Part shown: positions 38,723-49,761 of the stretch, piece after piece
Layout of the letters: each line of letters starts with the position of its first letter
Position numbering within the stretch: the stretch's first letter is position 1
Assembly (NCBI GenBank): GCA_965222375.1
Contig: CBDCTZ010000005.1
Span: 1-64,000, forward strand
Direction of reading: 5' to 3'
Source: Polyangiaceae bacterium
GTDB taxonomy: Bacteria > Myxococcota_A > Polyangia > Polyangiales > Polyangiaceae
Length of the DNA: 64,000 bases
Position numbers and translations under genes: made by a program
Notes under the pieces: model-generated
Told to the model about the DNA's origin: nothing
What the model saw: the letters and a program-made list of their open reading frames with translations, nothing else
Database searches by the model: none

Positions 38723-40692
38723 CTAATCTCGACGACCCAGGCACGCCAGAAGCTCAGCTTCCCGCGGGCGAAGCTCCGCCTCCGACCGAACCGATGCCTG
38801 ACCCGGATCCCAGCGCTGGTGTGGCGAAAAACGCACCGCCGGCCCGCCTTCGCCTTGCCTTGAAGAAATGGGGAGTGCGCATCGGCGTGGTTGTTCTGAT
38901 CGCGCTTGCGTTCTCGATCGGGACCAAGATCGGCGGCCCCGAGTCGCCAGCCGGCAACGCCAAGGACGAGTCAGCAGCCGACGACAAAGCGACCACCTGG
39001 ACCTGCTCGATGCACCCCCAGATCAAGCTCCCGGAACCAGGGCAGTGCCCGATTTGCGGGATGGACTTGATTCCGCTCGGAAACGAGAGTGCCGACGAGT
39101 CGAGTGACACGACGATCACTCTGTCCCCACGCGCGCAGAAGCTCGCTGAAGTGCGAACCGCAGTGGTGCGCCGCGCGGAAACCGCTGTCGAGGTGAAGCT
39201 GCTCGGACGCCTCGAATTTGACGAAACTCGAGAACGAACGGTAACCCCATGGACGGCAGGCCGCATCGAACGTCTGTTCGTGAGTAACAAAGGTGCTCGC
39301 GTTGGATCCAGGCAGGTCATCGCGCACCTTTACAGCCCGGAGATGTACGCTGCGCACCAGGATCTCATTCAGGCGAAACGCCAGAGCGCCGCGCTCGGCA
39401 ATGGCATTCCCGTGGCACGCTCCGCCGCAAAGTCGGCACTCGAAGCAGCAAAGAATCGACTCATCTTGCTTGGCGTGACCAAAAAAGACCTCGCCAAGAT
39501 GGAGCAAGCCAGGTCACCTTGGCGCACGGTAAAAATACGCAGCAGTTATAGCGGCACTGTGCTCGAGCTCATGGTGCATCAGGGCGCTTACGTGAACGCT
39601 GGCACACCGCTCTTTCGAATCGCGAATCTGTCCCGACTGTGGGTGCAACTCGACGCATACGAAAGCGACTTAGCACTCATCAAACTCAAACAGGAAGTAT
39701 CGTTGGCCGTGGAAGCCTTTCCGGGAGAAATCTTCAAGGGGAAGGTGAGTTTCATCGATCCAGTCGTCGACCCCCGCATGCGCACAGCACGAGTTCGCGT
39801 ACAAGTCTCCAACAAGGACGGCCGACTCCGCCCGGGCATGTTCGCCGAGGCGGTGCTCGACGCCGCTGGAGCCAAACGAGGCGCGCTGCCCGTCGTCATC
39901 CCAGCAACAGCGCCACTGTTCACGGGAACGCGATCGGTGGTGTACGTGGAGGTTCCCGGCAAGGAACGGCCCACGTACGAGGCACGTGAGGTTCGATTGG
40001 GGCCCAGAGCTGGAGATCTTTATCCGGTCGTCTCGGGCTTGGCGGAAGACGACCGTGTGGTGGTACAAGGGGCGTTCCGCCTAGATAGCGATCTACAAGT
40101 ACGTGGCGGGCGGAGCATGATGACCATGGCCGACGACGTCGCCCGTGCGGCGACCGAGCCGATCGAAGTGCCCGCAGCGTTCTTGCGCGGACTTGCTCCA
40201 GTGCTCAAGAGCTACCTCGCATTGCACGTGGCGCTCTCCAAGGACCAGCTCGAGCCGGCACGCAAAGCGTTCGGCGAGGTCGCAACGAGCGCATCTTCTT
40301 TTCAACCTAGATCTCCGAAGGCCGGCCGCACCCTTTGGAAGACACTGGGCAGCGCGCTGGAGCAACAGGCGCTCGCCGGAAAGAAGGCCGAAAACCTCGA
40401 GGCCGCGCGTCGATTGTTCGAGTCGATCAGCCGCCGGATGATCGAGGTGGTGCAGCGGTTCGGCAATCCACTCCCCGAAACTGTGCGTCTCTCGTTCTGT
40501 CCGATGGCCTCGGGATCAAAGGGCGCGTTCTGGCTCCAGCAAGCCGAGAGCATCGAGAATCCATATTTCGGGGCGACGATGTTCGCCTGCGGCGATGTCC
40601 GGGAATCCGTCGGACCCGGGAAGCGAATCACGCCCCACGCCACACACCGGAAGAAGCCGAAGGGTGCGGCGCCTGCCGGCCATCAACACTGA
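38719..40692 (+). CDS. cusB: CusB-type RND periplasmic adaptor with HMBD and DUF3347-like tail
   Basis: WTCSMHPQI...CPICGMDL, YSPE, LRPGMF, FCPMA...NPYFG..MFACG. Confidence 0.88.
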   Translation: MTNLDDPGTPEAQLPAGEAPPPTEPMPDPDPSAGVAKNAPPARLRLALKKWGVRIGVVVLIALAFSIGTKIGGPESPAGNAKDESAADDKATTWTCSMHPQIKLPEPGQCPICGMDLIPLGNESADESSDTTITLSPRAQKLAEVRTAVVRRAETAVEVKLLGRLEFDETRERTVTPWTAGRIERLFVSNKGARVGSRQVIAHLYSPEMYAAHQDLIQAKRQSAALGNGIPVARSAAKSALEAAKNRLILLGVTKKDLAKMEQARSPWRTVKIRSSYSGTVLELMVHQGAYVNAGTPLFRIANLSRLWVQLDAYESDLALIKLKQEVSLAVEAFPGEIFKGKVSFIDPVVDPRMRTARVRVQVSNKDGRLRPGMFAEAVLDAAGAKRGALPVVIPATAPLFTGTRSVVYVEVPGKERPTYEAREVRLGPRAGDLYPVVSGLAEDDRVVVQGAFRLDSDLQVRGGRSMMTMADDVARAATEPIEVPAAFLRGLAPVLKSYLALHVALSKDQLEPARKAFGEVATSASSFQPRSPKAGRTLWKTLGSALEQQALAGKKAENLEAARRLFESISRRMIEVVQRFGNPLPETVRLSFCPMASGSKGAFWLQQAESIENPYFGATMFACGDVRESVGPGKRITPHATHRKKPKGAAPAGHQH

Positions 40693-40736
40693 TTGAGGCT
40701 GACGTAGTTGCAGCAGTCTTTTCATTTCGAGGAACA

Positions 40737-43700
40737 TTGTCCACCACCCGCAAGACTCCAAGCACGCCTGACGACCACGGACAGCCATCGGACAGTGGCG
40801 AGCCGCGTGGGTTCTGGGAGGTTGTGCTCGGTTTCTTCGTCGACAACAAACTAGTAGTCGGGATCCTGCTTCTCCTGTTGGTTGCCGGCGGGCTCATGAC
40901 GGCACCGTTCCGGTGGGATGTTGGCCTTCCCAGCAAGCCGGTGCCCGTAGATGCGATCCCCGACATTGGCGAAAACCAGCAAATCGTATTCACGCCTTGG
41001 CCCGGTCGCTCGCCGCGAGACGTAGAAGATCAGATTTCGTATCCGATGACGACGGCGCTGCTCGGCATCCCGGGCGTGCGCACCGTGCGCACCTACAGCA
41101 TGTTCGGATTTTCGACGATCTACGTGATTTTCGAGGAAGACATCGAGTTCTACTGGTCCCGCTCACGCATTCTCGAAAAACTCGCTTCCTTGCCGGCAGG
41201 CACATTGCCTGATGGCGTATCTCCGTCACTCGGGCCTGATGCAACCGCCCTTGGCCAGGTCTACTGGTACTCCCTTGAAGGACGAGACCCAAAGACCGGC
41301 GCGACCGTAGGCGGATGGGATCTCGACGAACTGCGCAGCACACAGGACTGGACCGTGCGCTACGCGCTGCAGGCAGTGGCTGGCGTATCAGAAACCGCGT
41401 CCATTGGTGGTTACGTACGAGAGTATCAAGTCGACGTCGACCCGGAGGCAATGCGCGCCCACAAAGTCACAATCGCGCAAATCGCTGATGCAGTGCGCAT
41501 GGCGAACCTCGACGTCGGAGCGCGCACGATGGAGATCAACCGCGCCGAGTTCGTTGTGCGTGGGATCGGATTCATCCGCAACGTCGAGGACATCGAGGAG
41601 GTGGTGGTTGCAAACCGAATGCATACTCCCATCAGGATTCGAGATGTGGCCAAAGTGGTACTGGGCCCCGCTCAACGTCGAGGCACCCTAGACAAGGGTG
41701 GCGCAGAGGCAGTCGGGGGCGTGGTTGTCGCGCGGTTTGGCGCGAATCCCCTCGAGGTCATCGAGCGAGTCAAACAGAAGATTGAGGAAATCCAGCCGGG
41801 GCTTCCACGGCGGACCTTGGACGACGGCACCGTCAGTCAGATCACAATCGTGCCATTCTACGATCGAACGGCGTTGATTTACGAGACCCTGGGGACGCTG
41901 TCGTCTTCGCTGATCGAAGAAATCCTAATCTCTATGATCGTGGTGCTCGTCATGTTGCGGCACTTCCGAACATCGTTGCTGATCTCGGCGATGCTACCGC
42001 TGGGAGTGTTGGCGGCGTTCATCATGATGAAGGCGACGGGCGTAGATGCCAACATCATGGCACTCAGCGGCATCGCGATTGCCATTGGCGTCATGGTCGA
42101 CCTCGGCATCGTCATGTCCGAAAACATCGTGGAGCGCTTAGAGGCTGCCCCCGCCAGCGCCAACCGAAGCGCAGTGGTTCGGCGTGCCGCAGCAGAAGTC
42201 GCACCAGCGGTACTCACAGCGACGCTGACGACGGTGGTCGGTTTTCTGCCCGTATTCGGTTTGTCCGCGGCTGAAGGAAAACTGTTCACGCCGCTGGCAT
42301 TCACAAAGTCATTTGCCATGCTCATGGCACTGCTTTTGTCCTTGCTGGTTCTGCCCGCAGTTGCACATTTGATATTGCGTAAGAAGAGCCCGCCTCCGGT
42401 CGCGTTTCCGCAGGGACGACGTGGATGGCAGCGCGCGTTGCTAGCACCCTGGGCTGTGCTCGATTGGCTCTTCGTCGGTGCGGGGGTGTTCTTCATCTTC
42501 GCATTCAGCACGGTCGTGGGACTGCTGGTCATCCTGCTCTCGCTGGCCCGCCTGGCCGAGCGAGTTCTGCCCAAACCGTGGTCCCGCATCCCTCCTGCGG
42601 TCGCATTGGGGGCCACGGCTGTAGCAGTGACCATCGTGCTGGCTGACCACTGGTTGCCCCTCGGTGCGGGTCGCGGGTGGTGGGCCAATCGCCTATTCGT
42701 CGCCCTGATCATCGCGCTGATTCTCGGCGCCTTTGCGCTGTTTATCCGCTTCTACGGGGCGATCCTGCGCTGGCTGCTCAGGCACAAAGTGGTCGCGTTA
42801 GGGGTGCCCACCCTCGTGTTCACGTTCGGGATGACCGCGTGGCTCGGATTCAATTCCCTGTTTTCATGGCTTCCGGCTCCGGTGCGCACGTGGGCGCCAA
42901 TCGTCAAGGTCGCCCATGCCATGCCCGGTTTCGGTCGGGAGTTCATGCCACCGCTGGACGAAGGCTCTTTCCTCTACATGCCTACGACGATGCCGCACGC
43001 GTCCATTGGGGAGGCACGCGAGCAGATCGAGAAAATGGACGCCCTTATCGAGGCGATTCCAGAGGTTGAGACCGCTGCCGGCAAGCTGGGGCGCGCGGAC
43101 AGTGCGCTCGACCCGGCGCCGATTTCGATGTTCGAGACGGTAGTGAACTACAAGTCCGAATACCGAGTCGACGACCGCGGGCATAGGATGACATTCCGCT
43201 ATGACGACACGGCTGGGGATTTCGCTCGGGACGCCGATGGCAAGCTCATTCCCGATGCAGACGGGCGTCCGTTGCGTCAATGGCGCGACCACATTCGCAC
43301 GCCGAACGACATTTGGGATGAGATCCAAAAGGCGGCGAAACTCCCTGGCCTGACCAGCGCCCCCAAACTGATGCCAATCGCTGCGCGCATCGTGATGCTC
43401 CAAAGCGGAATGCGCGCGCCCATGGGCATGAAGATCCGCGGACCGACGCTCGAAGCCATCGAGAAGGTCGCCCTCGACATGGAAGCCGCTCTCAAGCAGG
43501 TCCCAAGCATTCGTCCCGAAACTGTCGTTGCTGATCGCGTCGTGGGAAAGCCTTATCTCGAAATCGTAATTGATCGTCCTGAGATCGCGAGGCATGGGCT
43601 TGCCATCCAGCAGGTCCAGAAGGTCATCCAGATTGCCGTCGGTGGCGTGACGTTGACGAGGACCGTCGAAGGACGGGAGCGCTATCCGGTTCGCGTTCGC

Positions 43701-44627
43701 TACCCTCGCGAGGAACGTATGAGTGTGGAGGCTTTGGGCCAGGTACTCGTGCCGTCTCCCCTCGGGCACCAAATACCCCTCGGCCAGTTGGCCAAGATAC
43801 GGTACGTCCGTGGTCCGCAGGTCATCAAGAGCGAGGACACCTTCCTAACGGCCTATGTGACCTTCGACAAGTTGAAGGACCGGGCCGAGGTTGATGTTGT
43901 CGAGGACGCGCAAGCCTTTCTCAGGACGCAAATCGCGTCCGGGGATCTTACGCTGCCGGCTGGAGTGAGCTACGTCTTCGCCGGCAACTACGAGAACCAG
44001 GTCCGCAGTGAGAAGAGCCTGATGGTCCTCTTTCCGCTCGCGGCTGTGATCATCTTTCTGCTCATCTATTTCCAGTTCCGACGGGTCACGACGACGCTCA
44101 TGATCTTTTCCGGAGTGTTCGTGGCCATTTCCGGCGGCATGACGCTTCTATGGCTGTACTCCCAGCCATGGTTCCTTGACGTGCAGCCCTTCGGCATTGA
44201 CCTGCGCACGATACTTCAAGTCCATCCGATCAATCTGAGCGTGGCGGTGTGGGTGGGATTCATTGCGTTGCTGGGCATCGCAACGGACGACGGTGTCATC
44301 ATCGCGACCTACCTCAAGCAGCGCTTTGAGGCGGAGCCTCCGAGCACGATTCAAGATGTGCGCGAACGAACACTCGAAGCTGGCCTCAGGCGAGTGCGCC
44401 CGTGCCTCATGACGGTCGCCACCACGTTGCTCGCGCTTCTACCGGTGATCGCCTCAACGGGTCGGGGCGCAGACGTCATGGCGCCCATGGCCCTGCCCTC
44501 GGTGGGTGGAATGAGTATCGTGCTCATCACTCTCTTTGTGGTGCCTGTCTTGTACTCGCTAACCGAGGAAACTCGCCTGCGCTGGCGGTGGTGGCGAGCA
44601 AGATCTGCCCAAAAGGGCACAACCTGA
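40737..44627 (+). CDS. cusA: CusA/CzcA heavy-metal RND permease (long form with insertions)
   Basis: [45 protein letters not shown] start after GAGGA. Confidence 0.92.
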   Translation: MSTTRKTPSTPDDHGQPSDSGEPRGFWEVVLGFFVDNKLVVGILLLLLVAGGLMTAPFRWDVGLPSKPVPVDAIPDIGENQQIVFTPWPGRSPRDVEDQISYPMTTALLGIPGVRTVRTYSMFGFSTIYVIFEEDIEFYWSRSRILEKLASLPAGTLPDGVSPSLGPDATALGQVYWYSLEGRDPKTGATVGGWDLDELRSTQDWTVRYALQAVAGVSETASIGGYVREYQVDVDPEAMRAHKVTIAQIADAVRMANLDVGARTMEINRAEFVVRGIGFIRNVEDIEEVVVANRMHTPIRIRDVAKVVLGPAQRRGTLDKGGAEAVGGVVVARFGANPLEVIERVKQKIEEIQPGLPRRTLDDGTVSQITIVPFYDRTALIYETLGTLSSSLIEEILISMIVVLVMLRHFRTSLLISAMLPLGVLAAFIMMKATGVDANIMALSGIAIAIGVMVDLGIVMSENIVERLEAAPASANRSAVVRRAAAEVAPAVLTATLTTVVGFLPVFGLSAAEGKLFTPLAFTKSFAMLMALLLSLLVLPAVAHLILRKKSPPPVAFPQGRRGWQRALLAPWAVLDWLFVGAGVFFIFAFSTVVGLLVILLSLARLAERVLPKPWSRIPPAVALGATAVAVTIVLADHWLPLGAGRGWWANRLFVALIIALILGAFALFIRFYGAILRWLLRHKVVALGVPTLVFTFGMTAWLGFNSLFSWLPAPVRTWAPIVKVAHAMPGFGREFMPPLDEGSFLYMPTTMPHASIGEAREQIEKMDALIEAIPEVETAAGKLGRADSALDPAPISMFETVVNYKSEYRVDDRGHRMTFRYDDTAGDFARDADGKLIPDADGRPLRQWRDHIRTPNDIWDEIQKAAKLPGLTSAPKLMPIAARIVMLQSGMRAPMGMKIRGPTLEAIEKVALDMEAALKQVPSIRPETVVADRVVGKPYLEIVIDRPEIARHGLAIQQVQKVIQIAVGGVTLTRTVEGRERYPVRVRYPREERMSVEALGQVLVPSPLGHQIPLGQLAKIRYVRGPQVIKSEDTFLTAYVTFDKLKDRAEVDVVEDAQAFLRTQIASGDLTLPAGVSYVFAGNYENQVRSEKSLMVLFPLAAVIIFLLIYFQFRRVTTTLMIFSGVFVAISGGMTLLWLYSQPWFLDVQPFGIDLRTILQVHPINLSVAVWVGFIALLGIATDDGVIIATYLKQRFEAEPPSTIQDVRERTLEAGLRRVRPCLMTVATTLLALLPVIASTGRGADVMAPMALPSVGGMSIVLITLFVVPVLYSLTEETRLRWRWWRARSAQKGTT

Positions 44628-47206
44628 TGTTCGACCCGGTCTGCGGCATGAGCGTCGACCCGAGCGCGCCGCGAGCTAGTGCGCAGCACGACGGCGAGGT
44701 GTTCCATTTCTGCAACCCCCGCTGCGCCGACAAGTTCCGCGCGGACCCCGAGCAATACCTGACCGCAACGGATCCCGTCTGCGGCATGACGCCAAAGCGC
44801 GCCACGGCTAAAGCAGTCCGCCGCCACGGCGGTCAGCCCTACTTCTTCTGTTGCGAAGGCTGCGCCAAGAAGTTCGAAGCAGACCCGGACAAGTACCTCG
44901 ACCCGAACGCCGCATCGGGCGCTCGCGATGCAGCAGCCGAGGCTCCGCGCCCTGGCCACACCGACGGCTACGTCTGCCCAATGTGCCCCGAGGTGCACGA
45001 GCAAGAGCCCGTACCCTGCCCCAGCTGCGGCATGGCGCTGGAGCCGGCGGACCCTCTCGCGGGCGCGACGAAAACCGAATGGTCCTGCCCGATGCACCCC
45101 GAGATCGTCCAAGACGAGCCCGGGGAGTGTCCCAAGTGCGGCATGGCCCTCGAGCCCAGCACAGTCAGCGTGGAGGCAACGGAAAACCCAGAGCTGACGG
45201 ACATGCGCCGCCGCTTCTGGATCGCCCTCGTCTTCACCATTCCCGTCTTCGTGCTGTCTATGGGCAGCATGCTGCCCGGCGATCCCATCGGCCACGCGCT
45301 GATGGGTAGGCGACTCGGCCCCGTCTCCCTGCTTGCCGCCCTGGAGCTGCTCCTGTCCACGCCAGTGGTGCTGTACTGCGGACTGCCTTTCTTCGAGCGA
45401 GCCATCAGTTCGGTCCGCACCTGGAACCTCAACATGTTCACGCTGATCGGCCTGGGCACTGCGGTGGCGTACGGCTACAGCGTCGTGGCGGTGGTGGCGC
45501 CGGGGCTGTTCCCCAAGGAGCTACTCGATCACCACGGCGATGTGGGTCGCTACTTTGAGGCGGCCGCCGTGATCATCACCCTTGTGTTAGTAGGACAGGT
45601 GCTGGAGCTCAAAGCCCGGGGTGCGACCTCCGACGCCCTGAGAGCCCTCCTCGGCTTGGCACCCAAGACGGCTCGGCGCATCGCGGACGACGGCAGCGAG
45701 ACCGATGTGTCCCTCGACCAAGTGCAGATCGGAGATCGCTTGCGCGTTCGACCCGGCGAGGCCGTGCCCGTCGACGGCGCGGTGATCGAGGGCAGCAGCG
45801 TCCTGGACGAGTCGATGATCACCGGTGAGCCCATTCCCGTGGAGAAGGCCGAGGGATCGCCAGTCACGGGCGGCACCGTCAACCAGACGGGCTCCTTTGT
45901 AATGGCCGCGAAACGCGTCGGGGCCGACACGCTGCTCAGCCAGATCGTGCGCCTCGTCAGTGAGGCGCAGCGCAGCCGCGCGCCCATTCAGCGCCTGGCG
46001 GACACAGTCAGCGGCTACTTCGTACCTGCGGTCGTCCTATCTGCGATCGTCGCCTTCGTGGTGTGGATGGCGGTGGGCCCCGAGCCCCGGGTCACCTACG
46101 CTTTGGTTGCGGCGGTCAGCGTCTTGATCATCGCCTGCCCCTGCGCACTGGGATTGGCGACGCCCATGAGCATCATGGTGGGCACCGGCCGCGGCGCCAG
46201 CATGGGGATCTTGTTCAAGAACGCCGAAGCTCTGGAGCGGCTGGAACGCGTCGACACCGTCGTCGTGGACAAGACCGGAACGCTGACCGAGGGCAAGCCC
46301 AAGCTCGACGAAGTGATCGCCCTCCGCGGATTCGACGAAAGCGAGCTGCTCGGCCTCGTGGCCGCGATAGAAAAAGCCAGCGAGCATCCCCTGGCGGCCG
46401 CTATCTTGGCCGGGGCCGGCGAGCGTGGCGTGGAGGTCGGAGCTGCCGAAAGCTTCGAATCCATCACGGGAAAAGGTGTGCGGGGCACGGTGGCCGGCCG
46501 CAGGATCGAAATCGGTAGCGCAGCATTGCTGACCGAAGTAGGCGTCGACGCCCAGCCCTTGGAGGAACGAGCGGCTCCCCTTCGGGAGCATGGCAAGATC
46601 GCCATGCTCGTTGCCATCGACGGAGCAGCGGCCGGGCTCGTGGTCGTGGCCGACCCCATCAAAGCCTCGACTCCCGAGGCCATCGCCGCACTCAAATCCG
46701 AAGGCGTCGGAATCGTCATGCTCACCGGCGATAGTCGTCGTACGGCGGAGGCTGTCGCCAAAGATCTCGGCATCGAGCGCGTGGAAGCCGAAGTGCTGCC
46801 CCAGGACAAGAGCGCGGTGGTCAAAGCCCTGCAAAAAGACGGCAAAGTGGTGCTCATGGCCGGCGACGGGGTCAACGACGCACCCGCTCTGGCTCTAGCC
46901 GACGTGGGCGTCGCCATGGGCTCGGGCACCGACATCGCGATGCAGAGTGCTGGAGTGGCCCTGGTCCGCGGCGATCTGCGCGGCCTCGTCCGCGCTCGCC
47001 GCCTCTCCCACCGCACCATGCAGAACATCCGCCAGAATCTGCTTTTCGCCTTCCTCTACAACGCCCTCGGCGTTCCCATCGCCGCCGGCGCCCTCTACCC
47101 CATCTTCGGCATGCTGCTGTCCCCCATGCTCGCCGCCGCCGCCATGAGCCTGTCGAGCGTCAGCGTGATCAGCAACGCCCTGCGCCTGCGCCGCGTCCCG
47201 CTCTGA
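44627..47206 (+). CDS. copA: Cu(I)-type P1B ATPase with two YHS and two CPMxP metal-binding domains
   Basis: [35 protein letters not shown] and MSLSS. Confidence 0.95.
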   Translation: MFDPVCGMSVDPSAPRASAQHDGEVFHFCNPRCADKFRADPEQYLTATDPVCGMTPKRATAKAVRRHGGQPYFFCCEGCAKKFEADPDKYLDPNAASGARDAAAEAPRPGHTDGYVCPMCPEVHEQEPVPCPSCGMALEPADPLAGATKTEWSCPMHPEIVQDEPGECPKCGMALEPSTVSVEATENPELTDMRRRFWIALVFTIPVFVLSMGSMLPGDPIGHALMGRRLGPVSLLAALELLLSTPVVLYCGLPFFERAISSVRTWNLNMFTLIGLGTAVAYGYSVVAVVAPGLFPKELLDHHGDVGRYFEAAAVIITLVLVGQVLELKARGATSDALRALLGLAPKTARRIADDGSETDVSLDQVQIGDRLRVRPGEAVPVDGAVIEGSSVLDESMITGEPIPVEKAEGSPVTGGTVNQTGSFVMAAKRVGADTLLSQIVRLVSEAQRSRAPIQRLADTVSGYFVPAVVLSAIVAFVVWMAVGPEPRVTYALVAAVSVLIIACPCALGLATPMSIMVGTGRGASMGILFKNAEALERLERVDTVVVDKTGTLTEGKPKLDEVIALRGFDESELLGLVAAIEKASEHPLAAAILAGAGERGVEVGAAESFESITGKGVRGTVAGRRIEIGSAALLTEVGVDAQPLEERAAPLREHGKIAMLVAIDGAAAGLVVVADPIKASTPEAIAALKSEGVGIVMLTGDSRRTAEAVAKDLGIERVEAEVLPQDKSAVVKALQKDGKVVLMAGDGVNDAPALALADVGVAMGSGTDIAMQSAGVALVRGDLRGLVRARRLSHRTMQNIRQNLLFAFLYNALGVPIAAGALYPIFGMLLSPMLAAAAMSLSSVSVISNALRLRRVPL

Positions 47207-47232
47207 ACCTCCAGCTGCCACGAACTCCTTCC

Positions 47233-47360
47233 GTGTTTGGTTTGGGGTCGAGCGACGCGCTTCGTGATACCCGACGGGGTGCTGGGGCGGCGTTGGGCCA
47301 CTACTCCCGCCCTCGGCCGAGCGCGAGCGTGACAGCGCGCGCGAGCGTGAGGGTGAGCCT
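47233..47360 (+). repeat. uninterrupted copy of the REP-like element plus degenerate GCGAGCGTGAGGG tail
   Basis: GTTTGGTTTGGGGTCG...GGGCGGCGTTGGGCCACTACTCC matches both exon flanks of the intron. Confidence 0.7.
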
Positions 47361-47496
47361 GGGTGTGGGCAGACGATTACTTGGGATTACCGGCTGACTC
47401 GGCACATGTGTGTGCCAGGAAGCTGGCACAAGAGCGCCCGCGTTGGGGGAAAGCGGGTTTCGTGTCGTGGTATGGGGCTTGCGTAAGCGCCGGGCA

Positions 47497-48111
47497 ATGA
47501 GCTCCACCACTCGGTCCGCGTTTGGACTACTTGCACTCGCGCTTACGCTGGTTCCTGGCTGCGGCAGCGCGGAAGCCGACAACGACGCCGCTGATCCCGA
47601 CGGAGGCAGTTCGGGCGGCGCCAGCGCCGGCGCAGGCGGGTCGGGTGGCGTCGACAGCGGAACCGCAGGCAAGGGCGGTAGCGCCGGAAAGCACAGCTCG
47701 GGTGGCGTTGGAGGTTCCGACGGCAGCGCAGGCGGACCGCTCGAGTGCGGGCCGGGCAAGCCGTGCAAAGTGCAGGGCACAACCTGTCAAACCAAGACCG
47801 AGCGTTGCTACTGCGAAGTGGGCTCCGGTCTCGCCTGGCAATGCGATGATCTCGCTTGCCCACCCAAAGGGTCGCTGTCCGGACCCTGCACCCAGGACGG
47901 GCTCCGATGCGGTGCAGGTTTCGAGAATTCGGGCAAAGCCTGCATCAGCGGGCAGTGGATTCAATGCCTCCAACCGAGGTCGACTCCATGGTGCCCTCCG
48001 ATCAACCCAGGTGACGCTTGCTGCGTTGACCCGAGCTTCGGTCCACCGGATACCTGCCCCGGGCCTGACGGCCTATATCGTTGCGTCGGGTCGAAGTGGA
48101 CCAAGCAGTAG
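47497..48111 (+). CDS. Gly-linker, Cys-rich lipoprotein
   Basis: Lipobox VPGC; about 15 further Cys in the C-terminal half. Confidence 0.75.
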   Translation: MSSTTRSAFGLLALALTLVPGCGSAEADNDAADPDGGSSGGASAGAGGSGGVDSGTAGKGGSAGKHSSGGVGGSDGSAGGPLECGPGKPCKVQGTTCQTKTERCYCEVGSGLAWQCDDLACPPKGSLSGPCTQDGLRCGAGFENSGKACISGQWIQCLQPRSTPWCPPINPGDACCVDPSFGPPDTCPGPDGLYRCVGSKWTKQ

Positions 48112-48182
48112 ATGGTTGTGCGTGGGCGCACGGGGCCCAACAGCGCCGAACCAACCGGGCCCCCTCGCTCCGGGGCTCCGGC

Positions 48183-49465
48183 CTCATGATTGATCGTATG
48201 TCGGTAAGTCGGGGTTTTCGTGAGCGAGCAGCCACCCTTTTGTGAGCAGGAGGATGTCTTCGTATCCGCGCCAGAGAGTGAGCCATCCAGGGTCGCCGTT
48301 TCGCTTCAGATGTCCGCCGAGTCCGGCGATCGCAAGCATCGCGTCTCGTGCACTCGGGTTGGGCGGCAATGGTTTCCGAGCCGCACGCTTCAGCACCTCT
48401 AGTTGCGCCGGACGTAGGACCTCGGAGGCCGGAGCGTCGGGGTCTTCGCGTCCGGCGTTTCTAATCAAAAGCAACTGCCAGGCAATGGGAAGAAGGAGTG
48501 CCAGCGCGTTTTGCAGGGCGTGACGGCTTTCGAGTTGGCGTTGCTCCATGGAGCAACCAGTCTTCACGACCTTGAAGTACTCCTCGATGACCCAGCGCCC
48601 GCGATACCAATCAACGACCTTCAAGATTGCTTCGGCGGTGTCAACGGGCTCGGTAGTGTAGAGCACCCATTCGACGCGCGTTTCTCCGTCAGCCGTCTCA
48701 ACCTCCCACACGTGGACCACGTTTACGTTCAGAGTTGCAGGGAGTTGCTCCGGCGCGCTCCTCGGTCGCTTTAGCGAGACACTCTTTGCCGCGAAAGCAA
48801 GCTTCGCCATACGAGCCTTGCGCGGCGGGTGTATCTGTTTGCTCTTCGGTCCCTTGCGTCTGCCGGAGCGCGCTCAACGGAACTTCGCGGTGCGCAATCG
48901 CTTGATACGACAGGCTTTCTCGTACATTTTTGGCGCCGAGGTCAGCGGGGTTCGTCAACATTCGATTGTGCTGCAATCGAATCACGTAGCGCAAACCGTG
49001 TTGTTGCATCGTGCTAAAGAGCTCGTAGTCGTCCGCCTCGCGGTCCATCACGTGCACCACCTGGCCAGACCTGAAACCAAGTTTCTCGACCTTCTGTACT
49101 TGCTCCACCCAGCGCTCGTGCTCGGCAGTCGCAGCCTTGCCCACGTGCGTCCGCAGACCGAGTACGCCCTTTGGCGTGAAGTATTCGTCGAGCGCCAAAG
49201 TCATATGGGCATGGAAGCACTGGTTTCCGTTGTGCTTTTTTGGATAGACCCTCGCGCTCACCGTCCGGCCGGAAAGAAAAACTGGTCGTGTCGTGCACTG
49301 CCAAGCACACGCCTTCTCCGAGTCGCTTCAACGTCGCTTCGACGTGCGGTTGCAGGATTGCCCCCATGGTCACGCTGCCATTGTTGAAGAATCGATACGC
49401 TGCCTCCAGCGCCGATTCATCAAACACCTTCGGAAAACTCGAGGCAGGGCGCTCCGCCAGTCCCA
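48183..49465 (-). mobile_element. IS4-family (IS50/Tn5-like) element, 5'-truncated, two frameshifts
   Basis: EAAYRFF, VHDTT, VMDREAD, WYRGRWVIEEYFKVVKTGC, IAGLGGH, PGWLTLWRG across three frames (shifts near 49238 and 48870); probable right end CTCATGATTGATCGTA at 48183; no left end seen. Confidence 0.88.
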
Positions 49466-49761
49466 CTGATTGGATAGGTACGGAGCATGGTGAGTTTCCT
49501 TCCTGCGCGCTCAAGCGCACGCTTTCAAAAAAACCACCCAACCGCCAGCGCGCGAGACCCTGGGGAATCCCCGACGGGGGACAGGTCGGCTCAAGGCTGG
49601 CTGCGCAGCAGCCACCGGCGAAGCCGGCGAAGGCCTTGAACCGACCGAGCACGCTGGCAGAATCAAACTAGCCAGCGAACGCCGCCCCTACGCTCGCGCC
49701 CGCCGTCGCGCTCGCGCACGGCCCACCGCAGGAGTAGTGGCCCAGCGCCGCCCGGGCGCCG

